A DNA stretch of 7,118 nucleotides from Octopus sinensis (Eukaryota). Below are positions 1-7,118 of the stretch, piece after piece. Every line of letters begins with the position of its first letter. Position 1 is the first letter of the stretch. The translations under genes were made by a program, and so were the position numbers. Below the pieces are notes generated by a model that saw only the letters and a list, made by a program, of their open reading frames with translations, was not told the origin of the DNA and searched no databases. The stretch is taken from NCBI RefSeq assembly GCF_006345805.1, contig NW_021828977.1, forward strand, positions 1 to 7,118. Direction: 5' to 3'.

Positions 1-5
1 AAAAA

Positions 6-37
6 CTGTCCGACGTACGGGAACGTGAAACTCAGTA
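6..37 (+). other. Degenerate, truncated hammerhead-like motif (probable PLE remnant)
   Basis: CCGACGT (10-16; 3 differences from CUGAUGA, one at the variable position 7), stem ACG-ggaa-CGT (17-26, GNRA loop), GAAA (27-30), C-tca-G-TA (31-37). The 3' strand of stem I is absent; the sequence runs directly into (TA)n. Confidence 0.4.
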
Positions 38-38
38 T

Positions 39-47
39 TATATATAT

Positions 48-89
<42 letters not shown>

Positions 90-142
90 TATATATATAT
101 GTATGTATGTATGTATATATGTTTGTATATATATATATATAT
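39..142. repeat. (TA)n / (TATG)n compound microsatellite
   Basis: Direct reading of the sequence. Confidence 0.95.
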
Positions 143-162
143 TGATTGTTTTTCATATATAT

Positions 163-292
163 TTTTTATTAATATTTAGCAGAAGAAACAGAGTGACTCA
201 TGGTCCGATAGCTTCGTGCGTTGGCACTTAAGTGTCGCCGGACGAACTCTAGGGCCTTGAGTCACTCTGTTACTTCTAAATATTAATAAAAA
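163..292. repeat. 130-bp imperfect inverted repeat (palindrome) centred on CACTTAAGTG
   Basis: Hand alignment of the reverse complement of 163-229 with 230-292 gives 54/63 matches plus two indels (1 and 3 nt). Shared blocks TGAGTCACTCTGTT and AAATATTAATAAAAA; no spacer, centre between 229 and 230. Confidence 0.9.
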
Positions 293-344
293 CGTCTATA
301 TACTCATGTTTTGAGTTCTATTTTTCCCGTTTGCACCAACATAC

Positions 345-401
<57 letters not shown>

Positions 402-415
402 TGTGTGTGTGTGTG

Positions 416-472
<57 letters not shown>

Positions 473-660
473 TATACATAAAAAAATAAAAACAAACATT
501 AATATATCTACACACACATATATATATATATATATCAATATGTACACATATATATATGCATACATACATACATACACACATACATACATACATACATACA
601 TACATACGTACATACATACATACATGCTTACATACATACATACACACATACATACATACG
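345..660. repeat. Compound microsatellite block (CT)n-(AT)n-(GT)n-(AT)n ... (TACA)n
   Basis: (CT) 345-368, (AT) ~369-401, (GT) ~402-416, (AT) ~419-464, further (CA)/(TA), then (TACA)n ~559-660. Confidence 0.95.
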
Positions 661-667
661 TAAACAA

Positions 668-3650
668 TGTGAGTATGAGAAAAAAGAGACTACAGAAAGA
701 GAAGGAAAGTGATAGAGAGAGGCTAAGAGACAAAAAGACGAGAAGAAAAATAGAGGGGGAAGTGTGAAGGAGATTGTGAAGAAATGAATGATGATAGATA
801 GAGTGAGATTGACGCGTTGAATAATGAAAGAGGAAAGGAAAATAGTGCGCAAAGAAATATTGGAGGAGAGTGGAAGGTGTAAGAAAGCTTGAGAAAGAGA
901 GTAGAAAAAGAGAGAGAGGGGGAGAGAAAGAGTAAGAGAAAAAGAAGTAGAGAGATAGTGAGTGAGTGAGTAAGATGTAGCAGTAATGAAGAAAGATGGT
1001 GATATAGACAGATAGTGATGTAGAGATATATGTGGTGTGGAAAGATGGTGAGATAGATAGGAAAAAATGGAGAATAAGCCAAGAGAGATAGGGTAAGAAT
1101 GGGAAAGAGGAGAGAGAGAGGGAGGGATAAAAGTGTTAGAGCGTAGAGAGAGAGATTGGGGAAGAGTGAAATAAGAGTGAGAGAGTTGGTGAAATAGTGT
1201 AAGAGAAAGGGAGAGATAAAGGAGTATTAGAGATAGTTTAAAAGTAAGAGAGAGAGAGAAAGAGAGATAACAGAATGGGACAGTGTAATAGAAGAAAAAG
1301 AGGGAGAGAGTGTGATGGATAGCAGAAGAGAAAGAGGGAAAGCGAGAGAGAGAGAGAAAGAGATGAGAGAAAGGGAGTTAGTGAAATAGAAAGAGAACAA
1401 GAGAGATGAAAGAGTGTGACAAATAGAGAGAGAGAGAGAGAGAGACGGACAGACAGAGGGGAAAGAGAAGGAGAATTAAAAAGTGTGTGACCGTAAAAGA
1501 GAGAGAAAGTGAGATAAAAGAGAAGGGTTGATAGTGAAGTGGAAGGAAAAGGAGTGAGACGGGTAGAGAGGAAGAGATATAAAGATATAGAGAAGGAGAG
1601 AGAGAGGGGGAGAATAGATACAGTATAAGAATGAAGGTAAGAAATGTAGAGAGAAGTGGGTGAGAGAGAAGACATCGTGAATGACGTGTGGCGTAAGAAG
1701 GCTGAAAAGAGCGATAACATTAAGAAACTAAAATAACCAAGTAAATAAATAAGTAAATATCTGAGTAAATAAACAAATAAAAGGCCTTGTAAGTGAGAGA
1801 GAGAGAGAGAGAGAGTGACTGAGTGACTGAGTGAAGGAGAGAGGGACAGAGACAGAGTGTGTGTGTGTATGTGTGTGTAAGCGTTCGAGAGAGGGTGAGG
1901 GAGATGAGTTAAGGGAAATGAGATGGGTAAGAATAGACAGAAGGGGGAGTGAATAAAAGCGTAATACAAATGAGTGAGGGATGAAAGCATGAGTGGGAGG
2001 AAGGTAAGGAAAGAAAGGTAATCTAATGATAGTGAGGGAGTAGATGGGAAAAGTAAAATGAGAGAGGAAGAGGGTGAGAGATAGTTGAATGAAGGTGAGG
2101 AGGAAGAGAGAAGAATAGGAAAGATAAATGGGGGGTAAAGTGTGTGAAAGGAAGATAGTAACGTGTAGGAAGGAGGGGGAAGGAGGTGATGTGTGAAAAG
2201 AGGGGGAGTGAGAAAGATTAGAAAGATAGGGAGTTGTGTAGAAAAGAGGTGGAAGAAAAAAGAAAGGGAAAGGGAAAAGGTAATTTGTGCAAAGGTGAAA
2301 GAGAAGGAAGAAGAGAGATAAAGTAGGGTATGATAGGGAGAAAGAATATGAGACAGGGAGAGAGTAGGAGGGGGAAGATATGTATGGAGAATATGATAGT
2401 TAAATCAGAGGGGGAGGAATGGGAGAACGAGGAGGAGATGAATGCAAATGAAGTGAGGAAGAGGAGAAAGGAAGGTTAGATATGTAAATGAGAGGGGGAG
2501 AAAAAGACAGAAAGTAGGTAAAGAAGAACGGGAGGGGGTTATAAAAGAGAAAGATTAACGAAAACAGGAAGGAGGAAGAGGATGTGATATCTAAATGAAG
2601 GGGTGATGAAGGGGAGTAGAGAGAGAGCGTTGAGAAAGAGAGAAAGGGAGAGTAAAGTATGTAAATGGGAGGGTGAAGAAAAGAAACTAGAAAGTAAGGT
2701 ATATGAAAGGGAGGGTGAGAAAGAAGAGAACGGAGAGAGTTAAAAACAGGGAGAAATATGAAAAGGTGACAGTGAGAAAAAGGGAGAAAGAGAGAATATG
2801 AAGTTAATAAGGAGAAAAGGGAAGAGAGATAGAGAGACTAAAGCGAGAGAATGGCGGGAACTGAGAAGTAAAAGTGATATAAATGAACGTTTGGAATGTA
2901 AAAGGTGAGACGAATTGATTGAGACATGTTGTATGAAAGACATAATGTTGTGTGTGAGAGAGGAAGAGAGGAAGAGAGGGAGAGAAAGAGAGTGTGTATG
3001 TTAAGTTGAATGAAAGAGAGAGTGTGAGAGGGAGGGAGTAGAATAGAGAAGGAGGAGGAAAAAGTTTAGGAGAAGAAAAAGAAGAGAAAGTATGAAGCGA
3101 TGAAACTGGAAAAAGTCAGACGACTTCTTAGTAAGTAGCTGTCAGAGAAATAAAAAGGCGGGAGGGGGGATATAAGTAGGGAATGAGTGAGAAAGAGAAA
3201 GATGTGACTGAGAGAGGGGTTGGGAGAGTGATTAAAGAGAGAGAGATTTTGTGAGCAGAGGAGTAGTTGGAGGAAAAGCGGAGAAGGAAAGAGTAGAAGC
3301 AGACGTGGAGGTGGAGGAACGGTGAAAGAGAAAGGGTAGAAGATGAAAGGAGAGGGAGAAATCGAGAAGGTAGAGTTCGTAATAGAGAAGGAAAAGACAA
3401 AGAGTGAGAGAGAGAGAGAGGGAGAGAGGGAGAATAAATTGTTAGAGAGAGATGAAAGGATGGAGAGGAAGACAAAGACTAAGTTTTAAAATAGAGAGAA
3501 AGAAGGTTTAAATTAGAGAAGGTGGGAAAGAGAAGAGAGAAGGGACACAGAAAACAGAGGAGGAGTGAGAGATAGAAAAGAGAAAGGTAGAGAAAGATAG
3601 AGTAAAAGAATAGAGAAGGGAGGTAAAAGGAAGAGCTTCAATCAAAAGTA
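668..3650 (+). repeat. Long GA-rich low-complexity tract (degenerate (GA)n)
   Basis: The + strand is dominated by A and G with very few C, and has many short perfect (GA)n runs (e.g. ~1425-1444, ~1795-1815). The - strand ORFs are Leu/Ser/Phe/Pro low-complexity. Confidence 0.9.
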
Positions 3651-3688
3651 TGAGTTTTATCTATCTATCTGTCTGTCTGATGAAATAT

Positions 3689-3830
3689 AGTGGTAAGAAG
3701 TTTGCTCTTCAACCATATGGTCCCCGGTTCAGTCCCACTGACACCTTAGACGACTCTCTTCTACTCTCGCCCCGGACAGACCAGAGCCTTGAGAGTAGAT
3801 TTGGTAGACGGAAACTGAAAGAAGCCCGTC

Positions 3831-3884
<54 letters not shown>

Positions 3885-4122
3885 TTGTGTGTGTGTGTGT
3901 GTGTGTGTGTGGTGGTGTGTGTGTGTGTATTTGTGTGTCTGTGTTTGTTCCCCGCCATCATTTGACAACTGATGCTGGTGTGTTTACGTTCCCGTAACTT
4001 AGCGGTTCGGCAAAAGACACCGATAGAATAAGTACTAGGCTTACAAAGAATAAGTCCTGGGGTCGATTTGTTCGACTAAAGGCGGTGCTCCAGCATGGCT
4101 ACAGTCAAATGACTGAAAAAGA
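3689..4122 (+). mobile_element. SINE (family A), tRNA-like head with eroded 5' end, internal (TG)n tract
   Basis: Partial A-box remnant AGTGG (3689-3693) and B-box-like GGTTCAGTCCC (3726-3736). The 3' half is repeated in the window at 4649-4868 (identical 17-mer TAGCGGTTCGGCAAAAG at 4000-4016 and 4740-4756). No TSD seen. Resembles an abundant octopus SINE (recall, unverified). Confidence 0.8.
3836..3928. repeat. (TG)n microsatellite inside the SINE
   Basis: Direct reading; a few interruptions (GG, TT). Confidence 0.95.
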
Positions 4123-4151
4123 ATATATATGTATATATATATATATATATA
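4123..4151. repeat. (AT)n microsatellite
   Basis: Direct reading; one G interruption. Confidence 0.9.
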
Positions 4152-4410
4152 GTAACAAAGTAAGATAGGGGTTATGAGGGTAACCCACTATGGGATAGAC
4201 AGAATGAGATGCTTTTATCTAAGGGCTGAAACAGCTGTAAGGAGCATCTTTTTGTATTATTCTTATGGTATTATTAATTTGCATATTGATGTATATTGTT
4301 TTGTTCGTTTTTGATGTTCCTATTTATATAGTTAATAAATAATATGAAATGGTAATATCTGTAAGTTGATGATTGAAATGAATTTGTTCCTCCATTTTCT
4401 TATTTGCATA
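4152..4410 (+). mobile_element. Putative Penelope-like element terminal-repeat remnant with decayed hammerhead
   Basis: Bounded by (AT)n on both sides. Contains GAAACAGCTGTAAGG (4228-4242), identical to the 3' half of the - strand HHR, enclosed by a 10-bp stem (4207-4216 / 4240-4249), followed by a T-rich stretch and AATAAA (4334-4339). The PLE assignment is inference. Confidence 0.5.
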
Positions 4411-4422
4411 ATATATATATAT

Positions 4423-4588
4423 TAGACAAAAACAGATTACAAAGCCAAGGTTGTGAAGAGTTTCCAGGACATTAATAAGAGAAGAGATATAGCCTTACAG
4501 CTGTTTCTGGGATATTATGGATATCCCTTCATCAGAGACCATGTGAGAGGGGAGGAGATTGGGAAAATAGAGGGAAACAAGAGAATGA
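4423..4588 (-). mobile_element. Putative Penelope-like element terminal-repeat remnant carrying the intact hammerhead
   Basis: Short unique segment between (AT)n 4411-4422 and (ATGT)n 4589-4648 containing a minimal type I HHR; such minimal HHRs are an established hallmark of PLE terminal repeats. No RT or GIY-YIG ORF is present. Confidence 0.55.
4489..4542 (-). ncRNA. Minimal type I hammerhead ribozyme
   Basis: The - strand reads AUGGUCU [stem I] CUGAUGA [core, 4535-4529] A GGGAUAU-ccaua-AUAUCCC [7-bp stem II] A GAAA [4507-4504] C-agcu-G [stem III, palindromic CAGCUG] UA / AGGCUAU [stem I', 7 bp with 2 G-U]. Predicted cleavage after GUA, between 4496 and 4495. Confidence 0.8.
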
Positions 4589-4648
4589 ATGTATGTATGT
4601 ATGTATGTATGTATGTATGTATGTATGTATGTATGTATGTATGTATGT
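4589..4648. repeat. (ATGT)n tetranucleotide microsatellite, about 15 perfect units
   Basis: Direct reading. Confidence 0.95.
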
Positions 4649-4868
4649 GTTTGTCTTTGTGCCTGTGTTTGTCACCCCACCCCCACCCACCGCTTGATAA
4701 CCGGTGTTGGAGTGTTAGCGTGTTCGCATTCATGTAACCTAGCGGTTCGGCAAAAGGGATCACATAGAATAAGCGCAAGGCTTTTCAAAAGTTAAGTCCA
4801 AAAATTCTTCAAGGCAATGCTCAAGCATGGCCGCAGCCTGATGACTGAAACAAATAAAAAATAAAGAA
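4649..4868 (+). mobile_element. SINE family A, 3'-half only, diverged copy
   Basis: Colinear with 3929-4122: CTGTGTTTGT, TAGCGGTTCGGCAAAAG, ATAGAATAAG, TAAGTCC, AGCATGGC and ATGACTGAAA occur in the same order, followed by an A-rich tail; there is an internal deletion relative to the first copy. Confidence 0.85.
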
Positions 4869-4932
4869 TGTATGTATGTATGCATGTGTATGTGTGTTTG
4901 TGTGTGTGTGTGCGCACGCGCGTGCGTGTATG
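4868..4932. repeat. (ATGT)n/(TG)n/(CG)-type microsatellite
   Basis: Direct reading; includes the palindrome CGCACGCGCGTGCG at 4913-4926. Confidence 0.9.
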
Positions 4933-4939
4933 AGTATAA

Positions 4940-6433
4940 TACTGAGAAATAGGTGAAAGAAAGTTAGGCATTCAGGGATAAAAAGTTAGGGAGACAGAAG
5001 AGAAAAGGGGAAATAGTGAGAAGAGAAGAAAGTGGGAGAAGAAGAGTGAATTGAGAAGGAGAGAAACAGAGAGAGAAAAGAGAGAGAGAGAGAGCAAACA
5101 GTGGGAGCAGACAGAGCGCATGGAGAGAGGGAGAGACAGGAAGAGAGCGGAGAGAGAGAGATCAGAGGATGCGAGAGAGAGAGAGCAGAAGAAGAAGAGA
5201 GAGTAGACAGAATGAGAGAGAGAGAGAGAGCAGAAGAAGAAGAGAGAGTAGACAGAATGAGAGAGAGAGAGAGCAGACAAAGAGAGAGTGTAAGAAAAAG
5301 AGCAGACAGAGAGAAAGAGTGTGTGCGTGTATGTGTGGAGGGAGAAGCAAAAAACGGAAAGAGAGAGAAAGAAAGAGAGAAAAAAGGAAAGAGAGAAAGT
5401 GGAGGAAAGAAAGAGTGGGAAAGACAGTGAGAGAGAAAGAGAGACTGAAACCGGCGTATTCTGGCTTCAGACATATCCTGAAAAAAGAAGACAAACATAA
5501 AAAGGGAAGGAAAGAGAGGGGAGAGAGAGAGAACAAAGATATAATGAGAAGGAAAGAGAGAGAGATGAAGAGAGAGAAGGTCAGAATCTAAGCAGGGCAA
5601 AGGTAGTTATGTAATGTGTATTGTTGAGAGAGAGAGGGGAGAGAGAGGGGAGAGAGAGGGGAGGGGGGGAGAGGGGAGAGGGGGAGAGAGAGGGGAGAGG
5701 GGGAGAGAGAGACCAACAGATAGACAGGCAGAGAGAGAGAGAGGAAGTAAAAGAGACCCAATATATTTTTGGTGAAGGAAAAAGAGAGAGAGAGAGAGAG
5801 AAAGTAGACTTGTTGGAAGTGCGAAGAGAAGAGGAGAGATAATGACATGGTGAGAGAACGAAACAGTGAGAGAGAGAGAAATAGGGAATGAGAGAGTGAG
5901 TGAGAGAGAGAGTTGGGTAGATATTGAAATTGGAAGGAAGTTGGAAGGAAAATGGGAGGAGAAGAAAGATAATAAGAATAAGGAGGAAGAAAAGAAAGAG
6001 GAGAAAGGGGGGATGAGAAGCAGACGATAAATGGAGAATGAAATAGGAAGGGAGAAAAGGAGTTTCCTGAGTGAGAGATGTGTTGATATAAGAGAGAGTG
6101 GGGGTGAGAAAGGTATATTTATATGAGGGAGAGAGAGAGAGAGGGGGGAAGGTATGCGAAAGAAAGAGCGAGACAGAGAAAGAGTGAGTAAGTGAGAGAG
6201 AGAGGAGGGAGAATGAGATAGAGAATAAATAAAGTATGAGTAAACGGCAAAGAGAATGAGAAATGGGTTTGAGAGAAAGAGAGAGAGGAGAAAGATGGGG
6301 AGAAAGAGAGATAGAGATAGAGACAAATAGACAGACAGACAGACATGTAGACAGGTAGACAGGTAGACAGACAGGAAGACAGGCAGACAGACAGAATGGA
6401 GAGAGAGATGGCAAGTAAGAAGAAAAGAAAAAT
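4940..6433 (+). repeat. Second GA-rich low-complexity tract
   Basis: Same purine strand bias as 668-3650; many (GA)n runs and a degenerate (AGAC)n at ~6329-6395. Confidence 0.9.
5173..5277 (+). repeat. Tandem duplication, ~45-bp unit, ~2.3 copies
   Basis: CAGAAGAAGAAGAGAGAGTAGACAGAATG(AG)n starts at 5186 and 5231; a third CAGA starts at 5274. Confidence 0.85.
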
Positions 6434-6444
6434 TAAGTTAAAAT

Positions 6445-6833
6445 GGAAGCACTCCGTCGGTTTAACGACGACGAGGGCTCCGGTTGATCCGATCAACGGA
6501 ACAGCCTGCTCGTGAAATTAACGTGTTAAGTGGCTGAGCACTCCACAGACACGTTTACCCTTAACGTAGTTCTCGGGGGATATTCAGCGTGACACAAGAG
6601 TGACAAAGACCGGCCCTTTGAAATACAGGTACAACAGAACACAGGAAGTAAGAGTGAGAGAAAGTTGTAGTGAAAGAGTAGCAGGGATCACCACCATCCC
6701 CTGCCGGAGCCTCGTGGAGCTTTAGGTGTTTTCGCTCAATAAACACTCACAAACGCCCGGTCTGGGAATAGAAACGCGATCCTACGACCGCGAGTCCGCC
6801 TGCCCCTAAACCACTGGGCCATTGCGCCTCCAC
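6445..6833 (-). mobile_element. Full-length tRNA-derived SINE (family B), 389 bp, with 11-bp target-site duplication
   Basis: TAAGTTAAAAT at 6434-6444 and 6834-6844. The - strand starts GTGGAGGCGCAATGGCCCAGTGG, with A box TGGCCCAGTGG (6821-6811) and B-box-like GTTTCTATTCC (6775-6765, 2 mismatches to GGTTCGANTCC). It is a complex, GC-richer island inside a purine tract. Confidence 0.9.
6765..6821 (-). promoter_or_regulatory. Internal RNA polymerase III type 2 promoter (A and B boxes) of the SINE
   Basis: The A box matches TRGCNNARYGG; the B box is degenerate; spacing is tRNA-like. Confidence 0.65.
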
Positions 6834-6911
6834 TAAGTTAAAATATGAATCAAGAAAACCGAGGAAGGAGGACGCAGATATGGTGAGAAAGAGAGTAGGA
6901 GGAGAAGCACT

Positions 6912-6968
6912 CACACACACACAACACACACACACCAACCACATACACACACACACACACACACACAC
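6912..6968. repeat. Imperfect (CA)n microsatellite
   Basis: Direct reading. Confidence 0.9.
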
Positions 6969-7118
6969 CAAGTAGGGTTGTAGAGGTGAGAACAAAAAAA
7001 AACAACAAGGAATGAAGGAGAAAGAAGAGCCGTGATAGAAGAGGAGTTTTCTGTTGGTAAAGAACTTCAACAGACATGTTTTAGACAAGTTTCAATTAAA
7101 TGCCTTTTTCTTGTCGAA

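Noticed and set aside
101-600. Larger inverted symmetry, (TATG)n...ATTGAT versus ATCAAT...(CATA)n, around the palindrome
   Set aside because: The similarity consists almost entirely of low-complexity microsatellite sequence.
3100-3136. Short + strand ATG...TTA|GTAAGT exon-like island
   Set aside because: Good donor word but no acceptor or promoter evidence, and only 10 codons; chance occurrence is likely.
3677-3683. CTGATGA hammerhead core-like word
   Set aside because: No stem II followed by GAAA...UH downstream; it arises at the end of a (TCTG)n run.
4169-4194. Small hairpins GGGTTA-tgaggg-TAACCC and CCCA-cta-TGGG
   Set aside because: Short stems expected by chance; not connected to the GAAA/stem III motif in hammerhead geometry.
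4838-4851. CTGATGA-CT-GAAAC in the SINE tail
   Set aside because: Only 2 nt lie between the core words, so there is no stem II; the homologous site in the other copy reads CAAATGACTGAAA, so the match is coincidental.
5173-5277. CRISPR-like or minisatellite array
   Set aside because: Two adjacent copies with no unique spacers; a simple slippage duplication.
6757-6829. tRNA gene
   Set aside because: Has A/B boxes but a degenerate T-loop and poor cloverleaf pairing, and it is the head of a TSD-bounded element, so it is a SINE head rather than a functional tRNA.
25-7088. All ORFs in the six-frame track (e.g. 1238-1990, 5581-6414, 4986-5600, 5101-5430)
   Set aside because: They are translations of microsatellites and GA-rich tracts (YI, CV, HT, LS, RE repeats), open only because these repeats lack stop codons; no recognisable domain.
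7038-7118. Complex sequence at the window end with a 27-codon open frame on +
   Set aside because: Too short, preceded by an in-frame stop, no recognisable motif; downstream sequence is needed.

Overview
Non-coding, repeat-dense eukaryotic DNA with no credible protein-coding gene; every ORF in the track is a translation of microsatellite or low-complexity sequence. About two thirds of the window is a degenerate GA-rich tract with almost all purines on the + strand (~668-3650, ~4940-6433), broken by (TA)n, (CT)n, (TG)n, (TACA)n and (AGAC)n microsatellites. Interspersed repeats: (i) a complete 389-bp tRNA-headed SINE on the - strand (6445-6833) with a perfect 11-bp target-site duplication; (ii) a second SINE family present as a near-complete copy (3689-4122) and a 3'-half copy (4649-4868); (iii) short AT-rich segments carrying hammerhead-ribozyme (HHR) motifs of the minimal type I kind known from Penelope-like elements (PLEs). 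These comprise one essentially intact HHR on the - strand (4489-4542), two decayed ones (6-37, 4207-4249) and a 130-bp imperfect palindrome (163-292). From memory the SINEs and microsatellite style resemble octopus (cephalopod) DNA; this is unverified recall, not a database result.
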